NCBI GenBank assembly: GCA_951406725.2
Contig: OX597820.1
Coordinates: 44,330,001-44,394,000 of the forward strand
Length of the DNA stretch: 64,000 nt
Direction: 5' to 3'
From: Octopus vulgaris
Lineage: Eukaryota
Below are positions 1 through 11,775 of this stretch, piece after piece. A program made the translations under genes and the position numbers. A model generated the notes under the pieces. It worked only from the letters and a program-made list of their open reading frames with translations. It did no database searches and was not told the DNA's origin. Each line of letters begins with the position of its first letter. Position 1 is the stretch's first letter.

Positions 1-191
1 ACCGCCTTTAGTCGAGCAAATCGACCCCAGGACTTATTTTTTGTAAACCTAGTACTTATTCTATCGGTCTCTTTTGCCGAACCGCTAAGTTACGGGGACA
101 TAAACACAACAGGATCGGTTGTCAAGCGATGTTGTGAGACAAACATAGACACACAAACATATACACACAAACATATACACACACATACATA

Positions 192-267
<76 letters not shown>

Positions 268-430
268 CGACGGGATTCTTTCAGTTTCCGCCTACTAAAT
301 CCACTCACAAGGCTTTGGTCGGCCTGAGGCTATAGTAGAAGACACTTGCTCAAGGTGCCACGCAGTGAGACTGAACCCGGAACCATGTAGCTCGTAAGCA
401 AGCTACTTACCACACAGCCACCCCTATGCC
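1..430 (-). mobile_element. SINE-A (tRNA-like head, CORE-like domain, internal (TA)n/(TG)n tract); 3' end runs off the window
   Basis: Minus strand reads gtggctgtgtggtaag (A-box-like), ggttccgggttcagtc (B-box-like), ggcaccttgagcaagtgtctt. Matches many copies in the window, e.g. 59878-60278 and 61193-61585. Confidence 0.85.
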
Positions 431-806
431 TGTATATATGTGTATGTATGTATGTATGTTCTGTATGTATGTATATATTATGTATGTGTATCCATTTTGT
501 GTATACACATATACATTTTGTGCATGTGTGTATGCGTATCTTTATTTTATCTCTACTTGTTACAGTCATTGGACTGCAGCCATGCTGTGTTACTACCTTG
601 AGGGGTAAAATTGAACAAACTGACCCCACTAATTATGTTATTTTTAAGTGTGGTACTTATTCTGTCGTTATATTTTGTTGAACCGTAAAGTAACGAGCAC
701 GAAAACAAGTCAACATCAGTTGTCAAGTGGTCGGAGTTACAAACAGATTAAGATACACATACACACACACACACACGTTGTGTATGCGTGCGTGAGTAAA
801 TATATG

Positions 807-1824
807 TCTACTACATATGTGGAAAATCGGTGTGTGTTTGTTTGTGGTGTTGTTAGTCATCTCCTCCTAGAAGGGGCCTTTATATCCACCTCACATAACT
901 ATTTTTTAAACACCCAAGGGAAATAACCCACAGCATCTGTACAACCCATTTCATTGTTTATGTTCGATTACTTTGAATATTGATATTTTGTGTGTCCTGT
1001 TTCTAAGTTTTTGCAGACAATATCACTATTATACTTTGACACGTGGGTAGAACTCCTGTCTGGAAACCTCGTGATGTACTTAGATTGTTGAAAAAATCGA
1101 TAATAGGGCCCTGTCAATGAATCCTTCTATCTACTACATATTACTAATATTTTATTTAAACAACCCAAAGGAAATAACCTATACCACGTGCAGGTTTTAG
1201 CGAAGCGATCAATATTTGATTCTCACGATCACAGATTTGAACTGCTAAACACTATTTTTGCACTTCCTTAATTTGAATCTTAATCCTTAAAGACTTCATT
1301 CATACATTTCTATGCATACATACTTTTTTTAATGCCCATTACTCCGATAATTTTGCATTTTTACAGTTACACTTTTCCCATGCCAGTAGATAAATTTTTT
1401 TATTCCACAACGTATTTGTAGTGGCTTCATGCAGACATAGCGTGGATTCGATCCTCGATTGCAAAATTTTACTTAAAACTTCAACAGCGCTTTTCTCACG
1501 GTAAAAACTATAGTTTCTCTGTGAATGACAGTAGTTATACATTTCCCAGATGCCTTCGCTAAGCAAAATAATATATTTGCCTCTCGCCAACCTCCGACAA
1601 CTTCTCTCACCAACCTCCGATAATCTTTCTCGCTAACCTCCGAAAACCCCTCTCGCCAACCTCCAACAATCTCTCCCTCTCCAGCTGACGGTTTCTTCTA
1701 CTTTTACGTGACGGAAAATGCACCTTTTGTGGCAGTTATAACGAAATTGCTTTCTTATATCAGAGTAATAAGGTGTTTCAATAGAACATCTTTACCCCCG
1801 GGAATTATCGGGTATATCATCTAG
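807..1824 (+). mobile_element. Non-autonomous Helitron-like element
   Basis: Putative 5' TC (tctactacata). The 3' end has a hairpin cccg-ggaattat-cggg (~1797-1812) followed by CTAG|T at 1821-1825. Internal ~21-bp tandem repeat (ctctcgccaacctccgacaa) at 1580-1680. Confidence 0.5.
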
Positions 1825-3096
1825 TATATATATATTAAAATAATGACGATAGAAATTGATATCAATCAACATGAATTTAAACCAGTGGTCTAGCAAATTC
1901 AAAAAAATCCGATCTAAAAATTATATTACAATTAATAAGAGGAATGACCAATAAAGTGGATCCCTAATGCTTTACATAGTTCAACAGGTTCCCGGCTACG
2001 GGAACGTGTTCTCGCAAGTGAATGTGCGAAAAACAAAACAAGAATTTTGAAGGAGGTATCTATAAAGCGATATATATATATCTATAAAGCGATATATATA
2101 TATATATATATAATCTAATAATCAAGAGGAAAGGCAATGCTCATGACATTTTCCAGATCCTTTGAGATTTGTAGCAAGGAGGAAAAGAAAGTATCCTAAA
2201 ACCGGACACTTGCAACAGAGTTGATTCTGTTAAAGGCAACCAAGAAGCTAAGTGGTGAGACGGGCTAACTCTACCACCCAAGTAGCCAATGGTGGAATTT
2301 AAATTTGACCGCAAAGAACTGGGTCAAATACTGCAAGGTATGCAGTCCAACGTTCTCAGTGTTCCGCTAATCCACCGCCCTAGGTTGGTATTTTTTATCG
2401 AATGAAAGGCAATGTCCACTTCGACGGGCTTGAACACGAAGCTGAAAGCTGAAACAAATACCACGAAGCATTCTATCCGAAGCTCTAGCAACTCCGTCGA
2501 TTACCGAATATATGAATAGTTTCCATATGTTACAGCGATATGTCCAGAAAGAAAATCAATTTTCTATTGTCGGGTAAAATTTTCTAATCTTCTCTTCCCA
2601 GTTCTGATGTTCAAATATAGCCCAACAAACATTTCTTTGTGAAATAATTTTCTCGTGATCCCGACAAGATCTAACTATATTTAAAACTGAGAAAATGTTT
2701 TTTCTACATTTGTTTAGTCGTTCCGTTTAGACCTAAAATAGATTAGTGAATAGAAACTTTCTGTGAAGCAAAGGTCACGGTAACAATACTGTGTCACTCG
2801 GTCTACAATCGATCTTGTGAATATTTTTCTTCTTTATATCATATTTTCGTCTGTTATCAGAAAATGGCTGATTTGAAGGAAACCTGAATAACGGTCGAAA
2901 AATCTATGGTTCGAAACAGAATACCAAGGCAATAAACAGAATCTAGTTTTTACTGTTGTTGTTTAATCTTGGATCAACTTTCATTAAGTATACCTTTGAC
3001 TTATGTGGCCATCGAGCTTTCTCTCCGAGATTACATTATTTCAGTATGTCTTTTTTTTCTTACAAAAATGTAATTTAGGAGATTTACTGCTGTTGC

Positions 3097-3135
3097 TACT
3101 ACTACTACTACGACTACTACTACTACTACTACTAC

Positions 3136-3174
<39 letters not shown>

Positions 3175-3215
3175 CAGCAGCAGCAGCTGTAGTAGTAGTA
3201 GTAGTAGTAGTAGTC
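3097..3215. repeat. (CTA)n directly followed by (GTA)n: self-complementary trinucleotide tract
   Basis: ctactactac...actagtagtagtag, with the symmetry centre at actagt (~3134-3139). Confidence 0.9.
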
Positions 3216-4711
3216 CAACTTCAGTTGATGACACTATGAGGTTCAGAACTCCATAGCGTTTTCAATTAGCTAAAGTGAGTTGATGAGTCGCCAGTTCTAT
3301 CAACTAGCAAGCAATCAGCTACACTGATTATTGATTGACCCTAGACTGAACACTAGATAAAGAGGCTCTTCCACCCTGACTGTATCATGTAGTTTCACCG
3401 TATGAAGATGATACGTCAAATGAAGATTAATGTACCCAACTTCGCATACGCCATGCTCCTCCCCATAACTTCGCCATGATCCTGACTCGAGGATTTATTG
3501 TCATTGAGGTTCACTTCTCTATTTACACCCCATTGGATAGCCATTGACTCTTACAAGTTCTTCCGCCCTTTGACGGCTTTTGCTTTTCATCTCACTTGGT
3601 GCCCAAATCACCCTCCTCACCAAGCAAGCTTGGTGCTGTTGCTGACGACCCGACCATGCGACAGGTTGTGCTGGGTTACATGTTGCCAGTAGCACTCGAG
3701 AGTGACCTGACATAGGAGATTTAGCTGCTATTTTCATAGAGGTTACATAGAGGTTCCCTCACTGGCTCGTCTCATTGTTTTGCTCTCAAGATTAGTATAT
3801 TTAGGCCTAAATTATCTGATTTATCTTCCCATTTTTTAAGACTGTTATATCTAACAGATAGTGTGGCTGCAATGAGATCGCTCATTTGATTACCTAGCTG
3901 CAAATTGCTAGCAGAGAGCAGACTGCCTCTTGACTGTAAGTAGAAAATGAAAGTTCAGTAAAATCTTAAGACGTATATCGCTAGTACATCCTCCTAATTT
4001 CAGATCTTCATTGATTACAAAAAAGTTGATCTTTCTTTCAGTTCTTAATATTATTCTATACCACGAAAAAATCAGTAACCTTTCTAAAAAAGAACAAAAA
4101 CAGAGTGTAATGTAATACTTTTCGATAAACGTGAAAGCCACAATAACTTACAAGAAAATGAGTGGTCAATGGGTGTCACGGGTTAATCACAGGGTATGAA
4201 TTCCATTGCACTGCATGTATTTTCTTATGCTGAGACTTTGGATGCATTACTGAAATTAAGGTTTATTAAATGAGCTCGTATTCGTTTTATGATATAATTT
4301 CAAGGCAAGAACTATCAATGTGGGCTTTGAAGCTCATCCTAGTCTAGTGTGACTGATGTGACGGAGGCTTAGTTAGAAGACATGGCGGTCTATGCCTGTA
4401 GGATAATTTAAATTAGGCGAATTGGAATTCCGGAAGGGTTGTACTGGTGAGGAAAATGGGTGACGTTTGTAATGCAAACACATGGAAGATGAGATATAGG
4501 ACGAAAGAAATTTGAGACAGGTAGTACGAGTGGTCTTCTGTGGTGAGAGTATGTAGCTCGATTGTTCAGATGAGAGAAACAGAGATCATAGTTGTAGCAA
4601 CAGAGGTTGCAAACAGAAGGTTCTCTGTTCCTCAAAACAGAAAATATGATATTAGAGACGTATATATGTGTGTACATGTGCATGCACATACACACTAATT
4701 TCGCTACACTG

Positions 4712-5186
4712 TCTCTGCATGCAGAAATCCTTCGCTAAAATGGAACGTTCTGTTCCTGCACGAATTCCAATTTCGTGAGCAATTTCCTGTATCGTAACAC
4801 GATTGTCTTCCACGATTTTTCATCGAACCTTCCAAATCAGCAACCTGTTTCGGCTTGTGGATGGCCTATCTGAGCATGCCTCACTCGTCACTGAGAATGT
4901 ACCACACCTTGATCCGAATCTTGCCCATGGCATCACCGCCGAAGGTCTGCTGGACCTCCAGGATGGTTTGAGTTTGAGTATCACCAAGCTTTTGGTAAAA
5001 CTTGATGCAATGCACGTCTGTACTCTAGGCGTAACAGCCGGCAACTGACCTTGCCTACCGACGCGAAAATTTTCTCATATGCGCCAGAAGAGTGGTGTCA
5101 CCTCCCACCCAAAGGATTTCTTACACGCGACATTATTTTTGACGGGGAAAAAAATTAAGTCGGATAAGTTTTGAACGCACTTCGTA
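4712..5186 (-). mobile_element. Mariner transposon 5' end: TIR plus decayed transposase N-terminal HTH region
   Basis: Terminus TACGAAGTGCGTTCAAAACTTATCCGAC. Frameshifted translation CIKFYQKLGDTQTQTILEVQQTFGGDAMGKIRIKVWY..SDRPSTS..EDNRVTIQEIAHEIGI, typical of mariner transposases. Confidence 0.85.
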
Positions 5187-5229
5187 TAAACGTTTATGAA
5201 TATATGTTCATGATACATACATATATATA

Positions 5230-5461
5230 TACAGGTTTAGCTAAAAGTCACACGACAGTAAATCAAAATTCCATAAATATTATTTGTAATTCTGTATTGA
5301 CTCGAATGGAAAAATGTGTCGCTCAAGAAGTATTTCATTTTGACCTATTTTCATGATGTTTCATATTTAGATGCTTTTATTAAATTTATTCAGTTATTAA
5401 ACGTAAATAAATCTTGGAATTAAATGGCTTTGATTTACTATCAGTTGACTTTTGGTCAACC

Positions 5462-5465
<4 letters not shown>
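5230..5465 (+). mobile_element. Tc1/mariner-derived MITE with ~38-bp imperfect TIRs, inserted in TA tracts
   Basis: Left tacaggtttagctaaaagtcacacgacagtaaatcaaa versus right reverse complement tatggggttgaccaaaagtcaactgatagtaaatcaaa. Interior encodes CNSVLTRMEKCVAQEVFHF, resembling a Tc1/mariner transposase C-terminus. Confidence 0.7.
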
Positions 5466-5514
<49 letters not shown>

Positions 5515-5938
5515 CATACATATATATATAATTTGTACATTTTATAAATATATATATATACACATATATACACACATAGTACACAAATATTTACCTGCCA
5601 CATAAAACAAGAATTGCTTTTGTATATCATTCAAGCAATGAGTCGCAAAAACAACAGTAGATTATGAACACAAACGCACATATATCAAATACCAAATAGC
5701 TACATTTCTAACGTGTGTTTGTGTAATTTCTAACTTTACCGCACCGTACATTAACCATTCGCCTTTCGACTTCAACTTTTTGCCCTTTACCAGTCATTTA
5801 AAACGTGTATGTACATACATACATATATACATACAAATTATATATGCATATATATATATATAAACATATGTATGTGTATATATGCATGAACATGCATGTA
5901 CTCAAGTAATATATACATTTTTGCACACACATACACAT

Positions 5939-5969
<31 letters not shown>

Positions 5970-6049
5970 ACACACGCACGTGCATACACAGCACATACAA
6001 ACACATACACATACAAAAACACTCTCTCCCTATCTCTCTCTGTTTCTCT

Positions 6050-6104
<55 letters not shown>

Positions 6105-6867
6105 GCTCTCTCTTTATTGAAACTCACTACAAAGTTGTACTTGACATTTTAAATAATGGAAAAAAATATATATAGCTCAATTTCTACACAAATAAAAACA
6201 ATTCTAAACTAAAAAGGCAACTCCACAATCTCTCTAATCTTTCCTTGTTTTTCTTTTATTTGTTTGTTTGTTTTTTTCAATTTCCTTATTTTCCAATATA
6301 TTCCACTATTCTCTACTATATTCTACTATTTTCCACTATTTTCTGCGACCTCATCAATCAAGTTGATATTAACGTTAGTGGTTGGCCTTTAAAATGTTAT
6401 CTTAAGACAAAATCATTTCGATAAATTTCTCTTCTTGGTGATGTTTCTGATAGAGCAATGGTTTTGACAGAAATATTTGAACACCGGATAAAATGATTTA
6501 CAATATGAGATCAAATCCTAACAGAATCGGCTTTACCTTACATTATTTCCGGGTCGATAGATTAATAATTAACAGACGATAAAATAAAATTGCAGACGAT
6601 GAATTAGATTATTGTACGCTGTCTATCTTGTTAACATCTGGTAAATGTCTAGTTTGACGAACCAATGATGGAGAGTTTTCTGTGCAGTTGTTTAGATCTG
6701 CTAGAAAAAGCTAACACATTTTTTTATCATACTTCGACCTACTGAGTCAGAAAAACAAAAACACGTGGAATGGTCCTGGTTGGGATGCCTTTCGATCACT
6801 TATACGTTTTTGATCAGAGCTGACCTGGTACAAAGTTACAATAACAATATCTGTATCTTTTATCTTA

Positions 6868-7073
6868 TACTTGTTTCAGTCATTAGACTACGGCCATGCT
6901 GAGCCATCACCTTCAAGAATTTTAGTCGTGCGAATCGACCCCAGTACTCTTTTTTTTTTGTTTTTACGTCTGGTACTTATTCTATTGGTCCATTTTCCCG
7001 AACCGCTAAGTTACGGAGATGCAAAAACACCAAGACCAGTTGTCAAGAGAAGTTGGAGGACACACACACACAT

Positions 7074-7129
<56 letters not shown>

Positions 7130-7266
7130 GTCTGGCATATTTCAGTTTCCGTCTACGAAATCCACTCACAAGTCTTTGGTCGGCCCGAGGCTATAGAAGA
7201 TATTGGCCAAAGGTGCTACGCAGGGAGACTGAACACGGAACCATGTCGTTTGAAACCAAGCTTCTT
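6868..7266 (-). mobile_element. SINE-A copy, interrupted; its 5' remainder is at 9443-9480
   Basis: Family sequence stops at gaaaccaagcttctt (7252-7266) and resumes at ggaagcgagcttcttaccacacagccactcc (9443-9473). Confidence 0.85.
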
Positions 7267-9442
7267 TATTTCATTAATTTGGCTATAATGGCCTTACATA
7301 GAGAAAGAAGGAAGCTGCGGGCTGGACACAGACATAATGTTATATGTGATGAAAAGAGAAAATGATGATTAATGGGGGAAACAGACAACGCCCACCGATT
7401 GTTGTTTCCCAAAAGCATTGTTCTCTTATTTATTATACATGAGGCAATTAACCTCTTACAATTGTTCATAATTGATAATTAAAACACAAAAATGAGGCAC
7501 TACGCCTCGTACTTTGATTAAAAACAGAATGAGGCTTCAAACCTCTTATCAGTTCACAATATCGAGGCTTTCCAACCTCTTACCCATAGTCCTCTTCAGT
7601 ATCGCTTGTGACCCCGTACCCCGCCATTTTTCACGCCTCACTCAAGCACAAAGCGAGTGACGTGGCGGGGCCGCCCGGTCGCAATTGATATTCCTCATTG
7701 AACTTCTTCAGCCTTTGCAATACGGACAACGTTATGACCTCCACAGCTATCTGCGAAGGCCATTCAGCATCCCGTGTGCAGGTCAAAATTGCTCCCTCAT
7801 GGTGTTTCTCCAAAACCTTCTCCACCTCTCCGCCCCTGTAGAAGAAGGCAAGTAATTCTTCTTCTTCCGAGGACGAGGTAGTTACTTCCACCGTCGGTGT
7901 CACAATTCCCACCGACGATGGTTCTTCACCCGTCGGTGACACAATTTCCACCGAACGTTCCGGGACATTCCGGTATTGTTACCAACTGCCGGCAATGTTC
8001 TGTTTCTCTTTTTCTTCCTCTTTTTTCTCTTAATTGAGGAAGGGTGGGTTTCCTCCATGACCGGGAGATCCGCCTCTCCTCCCTCATCCCTAGGATCCTT
8101 CGGTGAGCACCCATTGGTGCTCACCTTCTTCCTCTTGAGGAGTCCTCCGCCTCCTTGACCGCCTCCGCTCCTTCTTCTACAGAGGTCTCAACCAACCGCT
8201 CGAGGACCTTGCTTTCGTCCTGGGGGGCAGTTCTTTTTTTATAAGGCCAGGTTCCAGACACCGGTGACACTGGGGGCCGACCCTCAAGAATCACCGGGTA
8301 CCTGCTCCCAGCCACAGTTAAAATGTCTAGAAAGACTAACTCCATTCCTGATTGGGTCCACAGGATCAAAATAACTTTTGACCCAACCCAATCAGCCACT
8401 GATTATAATTTAACACTAAGGAGCTTGGTGCCGCTGCCACCCAAACTTCGGTGGATAGTGTCCTCTATCCAGCCTGGTTTTAAATTCGCTGGCAACCCGC
8501 AAACCCAAGCCCACATCAGTTTCCTCCCGCAATACGTTGGAAGAAACAAAATTTTATTGCCCTCCAGGGGCTGGCTCGCAAAAATGCGAGCCTCTTCCGG
8601 AGTGTCAAATAGCAACCAAATCCTTCCCATATCCGACACCTCGGGCAATAAACTTCACAGTTTGTAGATAGTCCTTCAACTCTTCTTCTATTACTTCTTT
8701 GGAGAACACGGCGATGGTGTCGAGAACCTTCGAATATGTTCTCAACGCCACCGCCTTCTTCTCTTGCTGTTTAATCCATTCTTTGGGTGGGATAATATCC
8801 CACTCCATTCATTTTCGCCATGCTTTTTTAAAAAAAAATTCTCTTAATAGTTCAACAAAAATTATGAAAAGTAAAAAAATTTTTTAAATCCAAAAAAACA
8901 CAATTAGAAAGAAGACATAAGAAAAAACATAAAGACAGAAAAGATAAGAAGAAATGAAAAAACAGTTCAGCACGACGACAGTTCTTTGCACTGTGATAGT
9001 TCAAATCACTTCAACAGCTTCAAAAAATTAAATTCCGGCCAACCGGTACTCTTGGCCCTTGCAGCTTCCAAAAAAGGTACTCCAGTTGAGTCGGAGACAC
9101 AGTAGCAGGAACAAAATATAATTTACCATTAAATGGTAAATACACAACGAAGAAAATTTTTCACAGCAGCAATAAAAATTCCAAAGTTTATGGCGACAGA
9201 GAATCCGCCCACCAAAATAATTCACTTAAAAGTGAACAATTTTGCCCAACTGTAGGCAGATCAGAGTCCAGAATCCAGTGAGGATTTCTTGTTTGTACAA
9301 AAAATAATACAGCAAACAACACACCCCCCACTGGACCCAAAAAGCAAAAGTCTTACCTTACAGCTGAGCTACTTTTTCAATCAATATTTCACCAGCGTGG
9401 CGATTTCTGCAGTGTAAGAACATCACTAACACAACCGGAAGT
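7267..9442 (-). mobile_element. ~2.2-kb non-LTR retroposon encoding only a Tx1/L1-type ORF1, flanked by a ~14-15-bp TSD
   Basis: Diverged direct repeats at both ends, ~600-bp 5' UTR, decayed ORF1, 3' UTR ending in aataaa. No RT or endonuclease sequence recognised. Confidence 0.75.
7631..8821 (-). pseudogene. Decayed ORF1 (gag-like nucleic-acid-binding protein with CCHC zinc knuckle)
   Basis: Joined frames give MEWDIIPPKEW..KFIARGVGYG/IWLLFDTPEEARIFA..LPTYCGRK..VILEGRPPV/CHRCLEPGLIKKNCP (knuckle at ~8224-8272, His replaced, frameshifted), then a basic KRKKRKKKR stretch. Homologous to the ORF at 28089-29130. Confidence 0.8.
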
Positions 9443-10092
9443 GGAAGCGAGCTTCTTACCACACAGCCACTCCTGTACCTCGACGACAAAATTTCTATGA
9501 ATCGGTTGTACTTGCAGATATCCTCCCAGAGGATATATATTTTTTTAAAATGGACGAAATCGTCATGAATAGGACGTCTTTGATCAATTATGAAGTTATT
9601 CTGCCAAATCTGACCTAGCGATAATCACCAACATTTCGCTGCCTGATAGTGTAAAAAGCAAATGGTTTTGCTACTTGGCAGAACAAGAAGTTTATTTTCT
9701 CGCATATTCAAAAATTAGGTTAATATTTATGTATCGCATTGCGAAGAAATCTAGCAGAACGAGATGAGGATTCTTTTGTGGGAGGGGTGCGTGTTTGTGT
9801 GCGTGTGAGAAAGAGAGAGTGTGTGTGTGTGTGTGTATCAGTGTATGCGTTTATCAGTGTGTGTGCTCTCGCGTGCGTATGTGTGTGTTCGCGTATTATC
9901 CACTAATATATAATAAATGAAAATTCATTTAAGCTATATGTCTAATGTGTATAGTTTTATTTCGAGTAGCTACTTCCTTCGTTGCCTACCTATACGGCAG
10001 GGTGTATATGCATGTTAATTTTACGAGCAGGCTGTTCCATTGTACGGATCAACTGGAACACTCATCGTCGTAACCGACCCTTAGTGCCAACG

Positions 10093-10183
<91 letters not shown>

Positions 10184-10221
10184 TATATTATATTATATTA
10201 TATTATATTATATTATATTAT

Positions 10222-10376
10222 ATATATATGATTGATTGATTCTAGTTTCAGCTCATGAGCTGTGGCCATGCTGGGGCACCGCCATTGATATATATATATA
10301 TTATATTATATTATATTATATTTTTTTTTTCTCTCTAGTTTCAGCTCAGGGCTGCCGCCATGCTGATGCACCGCCA
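10222..10376 (-). mobile_element. Two very short retroposon 3'-tail fragments within TA tracts
   Basis: Reverse complement ggcggtgccccagcatggccacagctcatgagctgaaactag occurs twice and resembles the SINE-A terminal ggcggtgctccagcatggccgcagtcaaatgactgaaac. Confidence 0.6.
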
Positions 10377-10586
10377 TATATATATATATATATATATATA
10401 TAAATGTCCTAGAAATTTCACACTGCCTTGGCTTTGTTGTCTCATTTTATATAACATATACACGCTTAGACACGACCCGCATTAGACTCTTCACTCATAT
10501 TATTATTGAACCGGGGGTCTAACAGCGGTCCTTATGTAGCACTTACATAGACTTAATTGCCTTCTGGGTCTTCTACATAACAAAAC

Positions 10587-10641
<55 letters not shown>

Positions 10642-10781
10642 TCCATGTATCCATGTCCGAAAAAGAAGTACACTCTAAAGCGTAGAGCAGTAACGTATTT
10701 ATATACAGCTAAGTTATATGTTCGGTCATAGAATGACACTTGTCCTTTTATGGTCACTCTATGATCGGACATAGACTGAAC

Positions 10782-10830
<49 letters not shown>

Positions 10831-10833
10831 ATA

Positions 10834-11310
10834 CAAATTGAGATAGGGGTTGTAAATGCAACCCTCTATGGGATAACATATATCCAATATACTGCTAGTG
10901 AAGTACCCAACAAAGTTAATACATAAATGTTAAGGATTGCGATGCAATCAATTCATTTACTGTATTATATGGGCAAAGGTAAAATGATTTACCACAAATT
11001 ACTAATACAAGATAAGAAAATGGAGAAATACATCTAAATCAAATATCAATTACCAGATAATACTCAATCACATACTTTATTAAACCACCACATAAGAGAC
11101 TGTAGGGTTAAACATAAAAAAGCAGAACAAATCAGTGTACATAAAGGAACGTACATAAAAAGTGTAGATAAAAGAGTAATGTTGTATAATAAGTAAAATA
11201 TATATAAAAAAGAGAATATAAATATAAGTAAATATAAATATAAGTATAGATTACATCTTACAGCTGTTTCGGCCATGTAGATAAGTATGTCTCATTTTAC
11301 CAATATTAGC
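10834..11310. repeat. Two PLE pLTR-like modules (X 10834-11003, Y 11004-11310) that recur at 37274-37955
   Basis: Direct sequence match to 37274-37440 and inverted match to 37660-37955. Y carries the hammerhead 3' half GGCCGAAACAGCTGTA on the minus strand (11256-11275). Confidence 0.7.
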
Positions 11311-11311
11311 C

Positions 11312-11680
11312 TTAGCCATCTCAATATGGCTAACCACTAAGGGTGGGTGTTACTGTAGCTTGTAGCCCCTGGAGATCATCGTCTCCAGCTGGCTTTAGGC
11401 ACACTTTCTGTGCCCTTATGTTATTTGCAAAGGTATTTGCTTGTCTTCAACGTAAGGCAGTCACAGGTTGTCGACAACCGGTGACTGCCGTACGCTGAAG
11501 ACAGGCAAATACCTAGAAACTGCAGTCCGTGCGTGTCACCTAGGTTGACAAGGGAGGGATGACCTCCCTTTGCAAATACCATAAGGGCACAGAAAGTGTG
11601 CCTAAAGCCAACTGGAGACGATGATCTCCTGGGGCTACAGTAATACCCACCCGTAGTGGTTAGCCATATTGAGATGGCTA
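11312..11680. repeat. Fold-back (inverted pLTR-like) repeat centred on GTCGAC at 11470-11475
   Basis: The reverse complement of the left arm matches the right arm almost base for base, except for ~55 bp (11515-11568) missing from the left arm. Confidence 0.9.
11480..11540 (+). ncRNA. Putative minimal type I hammerhead ribozyme
   Basis: Stem I CGTACG/CGTGCG with extension GGTGAC/GTCACC, core CTGAAGA, stem II AGG-caaata-CCT, then GAAAC-TGCA-GTC (palindromic stem III, GUC cleavage triplet). Confidence 0.7.
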
Positions 11681-11775
11681 GTATACTTTACATTGTCGTG
11701 TAGTTACTGTTTACATCTCGTTCAGAGATTTATTATTACTATATATATATATATATATATATCAAAATAAGCTAA

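Noticed and set aside
1580-1680. CRISPR-like array
   Set aside because: Contiguous ~21-bp tandem units without unique spacers, in eukaryotic context with no cas genes.
3370-3730. LINE 5' region or endonuclease start; also a LINE-like stretch at 4330-4620
   Set aside because: Composition suggests old retroelements, but no motif could be read with enough confidence.
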